Assembly: GCA_964016885.1 (NCBI GenBank)
Contig: OZ024741.1
Coordinates: 185,504,001 to 185,568,000, forward strand
Length of the DNA: 64,000 nucleotides
Reading direction: 5' to 3'
DNA from: Eledone cirrhosa
Lineage: Eukaryota
Below, in pieces: positions 1 through 16,166 of this stretch. Each line of letters starts with the position of its first letter. Positions within the stretch are counted from its first letter, which is position 1. Below the pieces are notes generated by a model. It was given only the letters and a program-made list of their open reading frames with translations. It was not told the DNA's origin and made no database searches. A program made the position numbers and the translations under genes.

Positions 1-199
1 ACAAGCACACAGTCACACACACACGCATGCACACGCACACACAAACACACACGCACGCACACGCGCACACATACACACACATACACGCATATGCACATAC
101 ATCTACAACAAAATATCAGCTCACGTGAGCATACATCGTCAACATTGCGATTGCGACCACGTCAAAAGTTAAAAAAAAAAAAAATGAAAAAAAAAAAAA

Positions 200-200
<1 letters not shown>

Positions 201-258
<58 letters not shown>

Positions 259-285
259 TAATAATAATAATAATAATAACAATAA
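201..285. repeat. (AAT)n microsatellite
   Basis: Direct reading; gives the poly-L ORF 169..510. Confidence 0.95.
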
Positions 286-577
286 TGATTGACAGTAGTG
301 GCAGATAGTTTTGAAAGTTTCTTTAATTGGAATTTTTATCAAAATTACATTGAAATTACAAACAATAAAAACAACATAAAAATAATAAATAAATAAATAA
401 ATAATTCTTAGGAAGACAATTATAATTTTGTTGATATTACACTTGTTTTTGCTGTCATTGATGGTGTTGTTATCGTTGTTAACCATGTAGGGAGGTGGTA
501 GTTTTAACATTGTAGTTGCTGTTGTTGGTGGTGCACGTGTAGCGCTTTTGTTGCAATACTATTCTTAAGAGACTTAA

Positions 578-1610
<1,033 letters not shown>

Positions 1611-1684
1611 TGTATACCTGATTTCATGCACATGTACATATATGTGTATATTAACATAATGTTAATATACCTATATAAAAAAAT

Positions 1685-2468
<784 letters not shown>

Positions 2469-2574
2469 ATAATAATAAAATTGAAGACTAAAATCCAAAG
2501 AGGGCTCGATAAGGAAAATATATATCAAATATATAAGAACCGAAGAGCAAATATTTATTAAAATAACAGATTAA

Positions 2575-2625
2575 AGTTTAAGCAAAGAATCGCTGCTTTC
2601 ACCCTTAACGGGATCTTCTGAAACT
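2575..2625 (-). ncRNA. Hammerhead-like motif family A (CAGAAGA core)
   Basis: Minus strand: agttt CAGAAGA tccc-gttaa-gggt GAAA gca..tgc TT aaact; stem I agttt/aaact. Confidence 0.6.
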
Positions 2626-3552
2626 AACAAAGTCAATCTGTAAACGCAGTACTGGATATTTCAAAAAAGGTTGCAACTGGAGGAAGACAGGAAGACAATA
2701 CTTTGGTTCATGGTGACGTTCGCTGGCAAAGAACAGGAAAAAACGAATAATACGTCATTAATAGGAGCGGTGAAAAACAATTACGCGCAAAGACAGAACC
2801 ACGTTTATGGTATAAAAGAGGTCGTAGACTAATGTTCTCTAAGTGGTGCATAGAGACGTTCTCTGGCAATGAACGAAAAAGCGAAGATAATAAGTCATAT
2901 GTGGAGCGTGGAGAACAATAGCACACAAAGACAAAACCACGTAAATGGTATAGCAGAAGTTGTAGACTAAAATTCTAACTAGGAGACCGAATGAATCTCC
3001 GCTACAGAGTTAAGAACAAAGTAAATAAATACAATACTGAAGTAATAGAAACAAATAAATACATACGCGCAAACAGATACGTACATACACAAGCATACGC
3101 AAAACCTTACCATAGGTATACAAAACCACGCATATATAAATATGTGTATGTGTGTATGCTTGGGTACAAATAAATAAATAATTATATAAACGTATATAAG
3201 TAAATAAATACGTATATAACAAGCGCACACACATACCTACAAATAAATACACGAAGGTTCGGAGACGTAAGTCAACTAAAACAAGAAGTACACATATACA
3301 CACACCCACCATACGTACGAACCTGCATACTCACGCAGACGCAAAACTCCCATATACACATAACCAAACCCTAAATACCAGAATATGTAAAAATTATACG
3401 CCGTAACAGTCAAATATACGTACAAGAAGGTATACATACCTTCACAAAATATACGGGTAATATATACTTACCTATGCAAATAAGTAAAGGAATAAACAAA
3501 ACATATACTTAGCTCCCACATCAAGACGTAAAATATCCACGTATAGATCGTG

Positions 3553-4628
3553 CTATCCGTTAGGGTATAACGTGGGGCTGTAATACAGGAAAGTTTTGTG
3601 CAATTTATGTTTACAAGCCGAAATTGCCTCAGATTTTTTGTTTAAGATGTGGTCTGTGGCGTAGAGTATTTCCAGGGCCTCAGCGGCGCAGAGGTCACAT
3701 GGTCTTTTATTTCCGTTATACGATCTAGCCCTAGCTAGGATCTCCCAGTGTAACTTATATTGGGTGTGGTTGTCTTTTAGACTCCAGATATAAGCTGAAA
3801 GTGACGTCATATTCCTTCTTAGAGGGTAACGAAAAGAATGGGTATGCATGTAAAGACGCTGCTTGAAACTATTGGCGGTTAACCCTATGTAGGCCCTACG
3901 GGACGTGGGTGTTACAACCTTACATTTGTAGACAATGTTACTAGAGAGGCATTTCCCGGATAGGGGACAATCAGCCCGATTCCTACAATTACAGTTAGTA
4001 CTAACTACAGGGTTGCACGTGTTCCTACGGCTAGGTAGTTTAGCTAAATTTGAAGCTGTGATGTTATGTGCAAGGTTAGGAGTCGTAGAGTAAGACATTT
4101 TAATAGTGTTTCTATTAAAAATTTTACTATATTTATGTGTAGGGGGAAAATGCTTCGTAATAAGGGAAAGAAAGATCTTAGCGTGGCCACCTCCATATTA
4201 TATGGTGGGTTAAACCAACAAATGCCACGGGATCTATTTCTTCTAGGTCTATTCTCGTACTCTGTATATGCTACCCTATCGACAAATCCACTTCGAGCAA
4301 GAGCTTCATTGTAATAAGTGGAATGGTCGTTGAAAATGCGCTCGTTGGTGGAAAGACGGGAAAGCCTCAACGAAACGTTTTTTACCAGGTTCTTGGTTAT
4401 GCTGGCAGGATGGTTGGAATGCTTACTTATGTAATTAAGCGTATCATTCGGATTTCTATACGGGTAGTACAACCCATTCAATAAATTGAGGGTAACGTCG
4501 AGGTAATTAACGACCGAGAGATTGGCCTCAACCTGTATAGAGAGGTTGAAGCCTTTAAAGAAGGCTGTGAGTTCTTTTCTGAATCTGTCGCAAGCACGAG
4601 GTCCGCACTTAGTCATGGTCAAGACCAT
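3553..4628 (-). pseudogene. PLE RT thumb plus GIY-YIG endonuclease, frameshifted
   Basis: Two overlapping ORFs with PLE motifs; truncated at the YRDD catalytic motif. Confidence 0.9.
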
Positions 4629-5224
4629 CGCACATATTAAATCCTTAAATATTATTCTTAATACATATTAACATTTTCTTTCCATCGCACATATTATTAA
4701 ATCCTTAAATATTATTCTTAATACATATTAACAATTTCTTTTCATCGTACATATTATTAAACCCTTCAATATACAAACCTTAACTTTACATTATTTTTCT
4801 CTACGTTAATTTTCAAATTCTTTTAATTTATACATTATCTTCCAACGGTTTTTCAACCTCTCTATGTAAAACAATATATTTTTCTCAGTTATAAAAGCTA
4901 TCTCTCTCTCTCTCTATCACCCATCTCTCCTCCTATCTCATCCTTCCCCATTATACTCCTTCCCCTCTACTTTTTACTCTCATCTCCTCATCTTTTTCAT
5001 CCCCCCCCCCCATCAACAATTTTTTTCCCCAATATCACACATCAATCTAAAACTACTTTTCATATGTTGATTTCAAACTGCACTATCTACAAGTGTTTTT
5101 TAACCTTCATATCATGTCTTCCTATTTTATCTGATGAAAACACAAATGTTATTGCATGATGATATTTGTTTTTGAAATGCGCATAATAAAATACATGGAA
5201 CTCTTTTAACCATCTTTTGATCTA

Positions 5225-5225
<1 letters not shown>
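4625..5225 (+). mobile_element. PLE 3' UTR/pLTR fragment, family B, inverted relative to PLE-1
   Basis: 5060-5225 is homologous to 38732-38895; begins with three ~60-bp catcgcacatatt repeats. Confidence 0.75.
5123..5193 (+). ncRNA. Canonical minimal type-I hammerhead ribozyme (family B)
   Basis: tattttat CTGATGA [hairpin] GAA ATGCGCAT A ataaaata; 8-bp stem I and palindromic stem III. Confidence 0.8.
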
Positions 5226-5298
<73 letters not shown>

Positions 5299-5354
5299 TG
5301 TGTGTATATACATATTTAAATATATAGTTATACATATCTACATACACATATATA

Positions 5355-5451
<97 letters not shown>

Positions 5452-5627
5452 AAGTGAGTCCTTCATCAGTGACCCTCCAACCGTCCTCGGCATTTCATCG
5501 CTTTAAGGGCCATATGCCTCAGGTTGGTGCGAACAACGGCTAAAAAAAGTCGTTGGGACACGTAAATAAAGGGGGACGCTAGAGTAACAACAAAAAGGTT
5601 TAAGCAACGGAAAGTGAGTAGAAATAG

Positions 5628-5733
<106 letters not shown>

Positions 5734-5737
5734 CATA

Positions 5738-6068
5738 TCTGTCTTTGCGCGTAATTGTTTTTCACCGCTCCTATTAATGACGTATCTTATTCGTTTTTTC
5801 CCGTTCTTTGCCAGGGAATGTTTCCACGAACTAAAGTATCGTCTTCCTGTCTTCCCCCGGTTGCAACGTTTTTTGAAATATCCAGTTCTGCGTTTAAAGA
5901 TTGACTTTGTTAGTTTCAGAAGATCCCGTTAAGGGTGAAAGCAGCGATTCTTTGCTTAAACTTTAATCTATTATTTTAATAAATATTTGCTCTACGGTTC
6001 TTATATATTTGATATATATTTATCCTTATCGAGCCCTCTTTGGATTTTAGTCTTGAAATTTATTATTA

Positions 6069-6070
<2 letters not shown>
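5738..6070 (+). mobile_element. Solo family-A pLTR between (TA)n tracts
   Basis: Reverse complement of 2466-2795; hammerhead-like motif at 5912-5962. Confidence 0.85.
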
Positions 6071-6127
<57 letters not shown>

Positions 6128-6129
6128 GT

Positions 6130-6830
6130 AAGTATGTATACGTACAAACATATATGTATACAGACGTACAGTAGTATATATATATGCATACATGCACACA
6201 CATATATATGTACGTATGGGTTTGCCGAACATTTATTATAATGTTCGTTTTTTTTGTAAACAAACAGCCCGAATTAAACCGTAAAGTGTTCGGCAACCAT
6301 CGCCGCTCTTTTGTTCAACACTGACAAAGGAACGATGAACTAGTTTCAAGCTTAGCTATCGTCAGCATCGTATACCTTCCTGTCAGATGATTGAACGTTT
6401 GAAAGTATATACTTTCCTTATGCATATTTGCATATCGAGTGAGTTAGTCGGCCGGGCGTACCGAAAGCGATAAATGGAAAATAATGAAATGAAATTTCAT
6501 TTCTCACTCTTAGTACGGTTGTTACTTAAATATCAGTATGTATACGTACATACATATATGTATACAGAAGTACAGTAGTATGTATATATATACATACATG
6601 CACACATATATATATATGCACGTATGGGTTTACCGAACATTTATTATAATGTTCGGTTTGTTTGTAAACAAACGGCCTGTACGTACATATATATATGTGT
6701 GCATATATGTATATATATACATAGAACTTTACGTCTGTATACATATATGCATGTACGTATACATACTTATATTTAAGTATCAGCCGTACTAAGAGTGAGA
6801 AATGAAATTTCATTTCATTCTTTTCCATAT
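6130..6830. repeat. Short element with direct (6131-6270 / 6536-6680) and inverted (6473-6570 / 6725-6828) duplications
   Basis: Alignments by eye; flanked by (TA)n. Confidence 0.7.
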
Positions 6831-7711
6831 ATATATATATAAATATATATTTTTATATATATATATATACATATACGCATATATTCATATATTATATATT
6901 GTTTGACACACTAGTTTAACGGAAAATTATCCGTCCAATCTGTGTGATTTGTAAATCGTCCGATATGTGTGAGTACATGTGTGTTCGTGTATGTAAATGT
7001 AAACATCATACAAATCACATATGTCTGTATGATAATTATCGCTAAGAAAGTGCGTCAAAGAAAATCATCCAACGCTCGATGATCCTGCTAGCAAGTGTTT
7101 TACTGTAGCTATTAAGGTCTAAGTCAAGTCGTTATTTCGGGTCTTGTTTACATAAGTTTCTGCACGTCACAACGTATATTGAATGTATTTTATGGATCTC
7201 CCATGCTGTGTAGGATGCATTGAAATTGAAAGAAACTACGAGTCCTATAAAACTTAAGTCTTTGTACGGATTGTTGCGCTTCATATTCCTAACCAGTTTA
7301 CAGAGAGTACCGGAGGTCTTTCATAATAGCAACATTGAATTGAAAACACATCTTAACTCGTTTAGAATGGTATCTACAGCTGGAAACCATTCCCAACACC
7401 AAACACTTTATGTCACCAACATTGCTCTGAAAGCTCACAACAACGTATACTCTAATGTTAGCACACTAGTATTAAACTAGCAGCGAATGACTCGAACTGA
7501 GAGGACAATGCTGCTAATAAACCCTCACCCACCAGTTCCCCCCCCCCCCCTGTAGCAAATCAATTCATTGGTTAGTTTATTGACCGGTAGGTTATTTAAT
7601 TGATAATTGTCAAATTTTAAATTTCGCCAAATACACTCCGATTAAACATGCTCCTCTTTCTAGTCTTTTTATTTACTCGCATCAATAATCCCTAAATAGA
7701 AATAGAAATAC

Positions 7712-8246
<535 letters not shown>

Positions 8247-8248
<2 letters not shown>

Positions 8249-9476
8249 AAAAATATGACCCCGACGGCAGAGCTCAAGCCGTTTCAACGGCTATTTCTGG
8301 ACTAAATTAGAATTTTTAGTCTGGTCAATAAATAGCCGAACTTTTCAAGGGGGTACTGGCTTATATGGGAAGATTGTAGTTGTCAAGAGGATTGGTTAAA
8401 ATTTGTTGTAAACACAAATAAGTCTATCATGGCATTTGGTGGGAAGTAGGGGTGGCTGAACTTGCCTGTAGAACAGTAGGGGAGTGAGTGGAGTGATCAA
8501 GCGTTGAAAGTGATATGTATACATCAGATTCTAAGGGTAGTGTATGAAGTGGGGGAGGGAGGTTATAGAATAGGTAAATCGAAAGAGAGTACCAGACAAT
8601 AAAAGATACTAGAAAGAAATAAAACAATAAAAAATATATAAAATTAGATAGTGAGAAACGAATAAAGCAATCACAATGCTATCTTACAATTACAGGTTAA
8701 TAAGTTGAGAATAGAAAAAACTTATAGAAATTACAAAACAGATACAAACTTAAAGGGGTTTTTAACGCATCTGCTATAAGTAGTTAGTAAAACGTATTCG
8801 GCCAATTCTATCTTAAAATAACAGGGGTGGGGGAACTGATGCTACAAGGCCCGATGGACCGCATCAGGGGAGGCGAAAGGGGAAAGCAGACGAGGAAGAA
8901 AATAGGGGGTGGAAGGAAGTGATAGGATGAGACAGGGGTAGAATGAGACAAAGAGGAAAAGAAAAGAGATACATTTACCTATGTAAGCTCGGGTTTCCCC
9001 TAACTTATTCGGCATGTGGGGGGGGGGGTATATCAGCACTTGTCTACCCACCCGGGTCGTTATAGGGTTTGAGGGCGAGGTAAGTCCTACGCAATCTGTG
9101 TTTTCATGCGGTTACCAGTTCATCTTTCTTGTTTAGGGGTTGGTCCTTCGAAAACAGCATTTGTAATGTTTCCTCCGAGCATAAGTTACACGGACGGCGT
9201 CCTCCCGTGTAAGAGTTAGCTCTGAACAGTAAGCTCCAAGTGAGATTGTAGGTTATATTGTTATCTTAGAGGTCCCAGATGTGGCCCGAAAGTGTACTGG
9301 CATGTCGCCGAACCGGGTCTCGGAAAGTGTGTCGGTGTTGGTAGAGCCGAGTCTTGAAGTCACACGCGGTTAATCCTATATAAGCTTTGTTGGAGGTGTC
9401 CGTCCTCACGCTGCACTGGTAGATCACGTTACTTTCTCGGCATTTGTTGTTGAGGGGGACACGGCGTTTTCTGGAG
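8247..9476 (-). mobile_element. 5'-truncated PLE: GIY-YIG pseudogene, 3' UTR and family-C pLTR
   Basis: 9475->9050 reads PLNNKCRESNVIYQC..AYIGLTACDFKTRLYQH..IWDL*..RPCNLCSEE..LNKKDELVTA*KH; absent from the ORF track because of two stops. Confidence 0.9.
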
Positions 9477-9477
9477 T

Positions 9478-9640
9478 ATAATATACAATGATAATAAATA
9501 AATGGAAACTATATTTATAAAACACACTTCGTATTTTATCTGATGATAGCGTACCAACATTTTTGGTACCCTTCAACTATATATAATAGAATTAATATGG
9601 TTTTATAAATATAGTTTCCATTTATTTAATATCATTGTGC
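9478..9640. mobile_element. Small foldback, family E, degenerate hammerhead
   Basis: aaataaatggaaactatatttataaaac inverted at both ends; tattttat CTGATGA near 9540; homolog at 14250-14540. Confidence 0.65.
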
Positions 9641-9810
<170 letters not shown>

Positions 9811-9819
9811 CTGAATGTA

Positions 9820-9936
9820 TGTATAGTATATTTGGCTATACACCGTATGTTTAATTAAAAACATACGGTGTATTGCCAAAAAATATACCATACATACATT
9901 CATGTATGCATCGCTATTTCAGAGCACCAAACCTTA

Positions 9937-9940
<4 letters not shown>
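9820..9940. repeat. Hairpin element, related copy at 18880-18995
   Basis: tttggctatacaccgtatgttt / aaacatacggtgtattgccaaa inverted arms; tail also seen at ~40618. Confidence 0.65.
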
Positions 9941-9971
<31 letters not shown>

Positions 9972-9977
<6 letters not shown>

Positions 9978-10391
9978 ATTAAGTCAAATATGTATAATTT
10001 GGCTTCGTCTATTATAAATTATATTTATACTGCTATATATATTTCGGTGACAGCCATCATTGGATGTGACCTCTTCAGGCAGTCTGAATTGGTGTGGGAA
10101 AGACAAGTACACATGTTGTTGAAGTCTGTTTTACTCCGTCAATACATCGATATGTCCAGCTCCTGGGTGTGTTGTTATTCCTCTGAGGAACTGGAATCAT
10201 GGATATGCCTGAAGAGGTCACAGCCAATGATGGCTGTCACCGAAATAAATATATCAGTATATCTATCATTTATAATAAACAAAGCCAAATTATACATATT
10301 TGACTTAATTATTTTACATTACTCCGGAGTAAAGAAACCAACCAGCGTCCTTCGTCGAGTGCTCCAATCTGCATACTGAGGTGGCGGTACT

Positions 10392-10395
<4 letters not shown>
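9972..10395. mobile_element. Foldback element family F with a hammerhead on each arm
   Basis: 9972-10080 inverted versus 10207-10318; further copies at 13895-14125 and 34645-34750. Confidence 0.85.
10029..10083 (-). ncRNA. Canonical minimal hammerhead (family F)
   Basis: actgc CTGAAGA ggt..acc GAA ATATATAT A gcagt on the minus strand; plus-arm copy at 10201-10263. Confidence 0.8.
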
Positions 10396-10431
<36 letters not shown>

Positions 10432-10804
10432 GTGTGTGTTTTGTGTTAGTATGTTTTAACTGCTGCTAATTAACCAAGTTATTATGACACGTGTGTGGGT
10501 GAGCAGGAGATACGTTTGCACGGGTACTTTTGGTAAATAAATAAGGAGATACAGCTTAGGCAATGCATAGTCGAATATATATAATATATATTTCGTTTGG
10601 TTCGGGAGAGTAGGTTTGTTGTTTACCCACAGGATTTATCTAAAGAGAAAAGCTAAATGTTTGTTTATTAAGAGAATGTATGGACATTTGAAGTGGTTTA
10701 TAACCCACATACAGAGAGAGACACACACATATATGTCCGTTTATATATATATATCTATAATCATTTGTTTATGTATCTATTTATAAGTCTTTGTATGTAA
10801 TATC

Positions 10805-10946
<142 letters not shown>

Positions 10947-11385
10947 CATGCATATACATATATGAATATGTAAAGAGAATATTTATATATTTGTGCGCGC
11001 GGACAAATACAGACGGGCACATACACTCACACACAAACCCACACATCCACACTCACACATCCACACATACCCACACCCAGCCACACATATATATTTCTGT
11101 AACATTTAGAAGATTCATAAAAACATGAAGTGATGGCCAAATCACGTGTGTAAGTGTATATATTTATATATATGCATACTCGTATGCGTAAAAACTTATA
11201 AAATAATGAATGCAAGTGGATCTTTTTCATCTCATTTTGAAAACAATATTGCTTCCTCCTTATTTAAAATACATAGTAGAACATACACAATTAAATATAT
11301 ACAATTAAATATATATATATAGAGAGAGCGAGACAAATATATATATATATATATATATACACAGATAGATAACTGATATATATAC

Positions 11386-11560
11386 AAGGATAGATAACTG
11401 AAGATGACAAAAAAGAAATCTAAAATTAAAGATTATTTAAAATGGATGTTTGCTTCTCGTTCTTAATATACTTTTTTAATTTTTTGTGGAAGGGTTTGTG
11501 TAATGTACTTGTGTTTGTATTCTTATATTCTTGTTTTCAATTTACATTTGTATATATATG

Positions 11561-11623
<63 letters not shown>

Positions 11624-11648
11624 CATAAGCATATGTATAATATATATA

Positions 11649-11687
<39 letters not shown>

Positions 11688-11699
11688 ATATATATATAC

Positions 11700-11736
<37 letters not shown>

Positions 11737-12170
11737 CAAATGTAAATTGAAAACAAGAATATAAGAATACAAACACAAGTACATTATACAAACCCTTCAA
11801 CAAAAAATTAAAAAAGAATATTACGAACGAGAAGCAAACATCCATTTTGAAATAATCTTTAATTTTAGATTTCTTTTTTGTCATCTTCAGTTATCTATCC
11901 TTGGGGATATATTTAAAGAAATGTATTTAGTAAACATCTTGTGGAGAAAATTGTTGTAACATCAGTTGCATATTTGAATGTAATTATCTTCCAGCTACAG
12001 TCACTCTCTTGCAGCATCTAATTAAATCATAAATCTATTTCGGATAATGAATGAAGACTGTACAGGCATATTAGAAGAGGAAACTTGAGAAGAAGGTCTG
12101 TTTGAAAAGGGAGAAAATAAATTAATGCAGTATTACAATAATATGAAACTATAAACATTTAAGAATGTAT
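11386..12170. mobile_element. Family G element, tail-to-tail inverted pair around a (TA)n core
   Basis: 11386-11555 is the reverse complement of 11730-11903; CTGAAGA..GAAA motif at 11398-11418. Confidence 0.8.
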
Positions 12171-12242
12171 TTATGTATCTGTGTGTATGTATATTTATAT
12201 ATTCATATATACATATATATATAGGTATATATGTATATATAT

Positions 12243-12327
<85 letters not shown>

Positions 12328-12371
12328 ATATATATATACATATATGTATATATATATATGCATATATGTAC

Positions 12372-12444
<73 letters not shown>

Positions 12445-12471
12445 TGTATATATATATATGCATATATGTAC

Positions 12472-12555
<84 letters not shown>

Positions 12556-12672
12556 TTTGTAGAATCGAGACATATCGGAGGATCTTGCGATTTCAGAGCT
12601 GGTCGCCAGAGAAACGATTGTTATATGTCTAATAAATCTTATTCGTCGCACCACTGGTTCTCCGTTTCTCAT

Positions 12673-12719
<47 letters not shown>

Positions 12720-12723
<4 letters not shown>

Positions 12724-13411
12724 CGGGTAAAATTCCCGAGATCCATGGACGAGTTCTCTCCAGCCATCTCTGTCCCTCATTATCGCTGCCATATCCTGCA
12801 TCTCCAACAGACTAGTGTCTGTCCTTAGGGCATCAACATATGTTAACCTTGGTCTTCCTCTTCTAGTGTGTCCATGTAGGGGCCCCCAAAGGAGCACCGA
12901 GTGCAATGTCAACTCTGGATGTCGGTGAGCATGTCCAGCCAACCTCAGTCTCCTCTGTGTCACTTTTGAGCTGACTTTTGGTGACAAATACAGTGAAGGA
13001 GGCAGAGGATTTGATGCGGGAGGTTGAGACTGTGTCGATGAGTGTGGGGCTGAGAATGAATGAGACTAAAACAAAATATCTGGTAGAGAATGTTGAGAAG
13101 CCAGAGGGGATCACTAATGTAGGCAGGAAGCCGCTGGAATTGGTTGAGGACTTCCTGTATTTGAGAGCAAAGATTGGGAATACGGAGGATGATGTGGTTG
13201 AGAGGAAGAGCAAGGCTTGGGCGGCGTGCCACAGCTTGAGATCGGTGTGGAAGTCGGACCTTCGTAGAGACCTGAAAGTCCGCCTCTTCATTGTTGTAGT
13301 GGAGTCTGTGCTGCTGTATGGGTCTGAGACTTGGACACTGACCAAGAAACTCACTCAGATGGTGGATGGGTGCTACACGAGAATGCTGAGGATGGCTCTG
13401 AACATTAATCA

Positions 13412-13412
<1 letters not shown>
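12720..13412. mobile_element. RTE-type LINE 3' fragment with internal inversion
   Basis: Plus 12978-13412: [31 protein letters not shown]. Minus 12987-12720: [28 protein letters not shown]. Confidence 0.92.
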
Positions 13413-13469
<57 letters not shown>

Positions 13470-13565
13470 AGGGAGTGTAACTTGGAGTTACTGTAGGTTC
13501 ACCAGAGTGAGCACTCGATGTTTAGGTAGACTTCAGTGTCGCGGTGTAGAGCTCTACAGAGTATA

Positions 13566-13862
13566 TTATAGTGAAAAGATAACAAGGCCGATTGTTTACT
13601 CCTTCATTACATTTATTGGTTGGTGACGCGCGTTTCACAGATTACAGACTCGGGTAAGATCGTTACAAATCGAAGCTTGAGATGATCAGTGGCGAAACGC
13701 ACGTCACAAGACGTCCGCCGAGCCGCAGATTACAGATTCGGGTAAGATCGATACAGATCGAACCTTGAGCTAATCCGTGGCGTCACCAACCAATAATGCG
13801 CGTCACCAACCAATAAATGTATCGAAGTTGTAATCAATCGTCCTTGTTATCTTTTCACTATA
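13566..13862. mobile_element. Foldback element family H with hammerhead-like motif
   Basis: ~60-bp inverted termini (tagtgaaaagataacaagg); internal cttg AGATGA..GAAACGCACGTC acaag at 13676-13710 and an internal direct duplication. Confidence 0.7.
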
Positions 13863-14151
13863 TATATATATATATAAAATTAACTATATATATATATAAA
13901 ATGATTAAGTCAAGTATGTAAAGTTTGGCTTCGTTTATTATAAATTATAGATATACTGATATATATATTTCGGTGACAGCCATCATTGGGTGAGACCTCT
14001 TTAGGCAGTCCGAATTGGTGTGGGAAAGACAGGTACACATGTTGTTGAAGTGTGTTTTACTCCGTCAATACATCAATATGTCCAGCTCCTGGTGGTTGTG
14101 TTGTTATTTCTCTGAGGAATTGGAATATATATATATATATATATAAATATA

Positions 14152-14249
<98 letters not shown>

Positions 14250-14290
14250 CGATATTAAATAAATGGAAACTATATTTATAAAACCATATT

Positions 14291-14356
14291 TATTTCATTA
14301 TATTTATTTCAGAGATATCATATTAACAATATGTTATGCCTTCCTCAGACAAAATA
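14291..14356 (-). ncRNA. Hammerhead (family E)
   Basis: tattttgt CTGAGGA [hairpin] GAAA taaata TA atgaaata on the minus strand. Confidence 0.65.
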
Positions 14357-14536
14357 CAATATAGACAGTTTTATAGATAAATAGATTTGACATACCGTTC
14401 AACATCGACTTGTATTTGAAAAAGTTGATTTAATATCGTATTTAATATCGTAAATATACTCCAAATACTTGTTGAGTGCTTTTATATCAGTTATAAATAT
14501 TTACTAGTTGTAACCCAACAATTTAAATATAACTTT

Positions 14537-14574
<38 letters not shown>

Positions 14575-14577
<3 letters not shown>

Positions 14578-15000
14578 AAAGTAAGTCCATAGAATCGTCT
14601 GATAAAATATATACACTATTTCTCCTCCCAATCAGCATAATTAACCACACACACAAAAAAATCAATTAAACGAGGCTATAAGTTTAAAATGTACCTATAT
14701 AGAAACAATAGATAAATAAATGATAGCTATTTTATCAGCGATCAACAGCCACAGAACATTTCTTCTAAGTTTGATTTTGTACCTAATTGTGTATGGTTGG
14801 CTACATGTCTAATCAATTTCTACGGGCTATTAGAAATACTAGGTAAATCTTCTGTGGCTGTTGATCGCGGATAAAATAGCTATCAATTATTTATCTATTG
14901 TTTCTTTATAGGTACATTTTAAACTTATAGACTCGTTTAATTGATGGAAGGTGAAATACTGTCTATATTTTATCAACTGATTCTATGGACTTACTTTCTT
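14575..15000. mobile_element. Foldback element family I in (TA)n
   Basis: ~180-bp imperfect inverted arms (aagaaagtaagtccatagaatc / gattctatggacttactttctt); no convincing ribozyme core. Confidence 0.8.
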
Positions 15001-15156
15001 ATATATTGCTCTGATTGTTGATTATATAATTAATTAATTCGTCATTGAGCCACACCGTGAATGGTTGCCAAAAACACACATATATATATATATATATATG
15101 GCTCTGTCTAATTTCTGTATATGTAAACCTATATATTTTATATATATATATATAGA

Positions 15157-15748
15157 TATTGTTATACTTGGGGAGGGTCATATTTGTGTAATATTACCAG
15201 AATTAATAACAGAACACACTCACAGTTTGGTTGGTTTTCGCTTTTGGCTTCTGTGTCTTTTATATCGGTAATCTAATTTATTCGGTCCTCAATGTTGCCA
15301 TTGACTGACCAACGGTCAAAAATACAGATACACTATAGACACAAACACATATATATAGTTTATCAAAGTTCTTTCGTTGCACATCTGCAACATCATCAGT
15401 GGTGCTATTATGTTTCCTCCCGTTGCATTGTATTTTCTACGCCGTCTTTTTACGCCATCTTGGCGTAGAAAATACAATGCAACGGGAGGAAACAATAGCA
15501 CCACTGACGATGTTGCAGATGTACAAGGAAAGAACTTTGATAAACTATATATATGTGTTTGTGTCTATATTGTATCTGTATTTTTGACCGTTGGTCAGTC
15601 AATGTCAACATTGTGGACCGAATAAATTAAATTAACCGATATAAAAGACACAGAAGCGAAAAGCGAAAACCAACCAAACAGTGAGTGTGTTCTGTTAGTA
15701 ATTCTGGTAATATTACACAAATATAACCCTCCCCAAGTATAACAATAT
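15157..15748. mobile_element. ~590-bp foldback element family J
   Basis: ~285-bp arms centred near 15450; CTGACGA..GAAA at 15504-15531; partial copies at 19075-19105, 27540-27596 and 28499-28696. Confidence 0.88.
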
Positions 15749-15840
15749 TTGTTTCGACACACGATTTCATATAAAAAACCTCGCAAAACTATATATATAT
15801 ATATATATGAGTGTGTGTGTGTGTGTGTGTGTGTGTTTGT

Positions 15841-15893
<53 letters not shown>

Positions 15894-16070
15894 GGAGAGA
15901 GAGAAAGAGATTGAGAGGAAAGAAAAATATAGAAATAAAGAATAATATGAGAGAAAATATATTCATAGCATGAATTTTAAGGAAAGAATATATTTTCTTT
16001 ATATTTTACATTTTCACACGCTTTATTATATATAGTAATATTAACAGAGGTAAAGTATTCATGTATATGC

Positions 16071-16164
<94 letters not shown>

Positions 16165-16166
<2 letters not shown>

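Noticed and set aside
6384-6416. CAGATGA..GAAAGTATATACTT as a hammerhead
   Set aside because: No convincing stem I or stem II.
9095-9115. In-frame TGA at a conserved Cys (A*KH) as selenocysteine
   Set aside because: The same frame also has a TAA stop, the element is truncated, and no SECIS was seen; ordinary decay is simpler.
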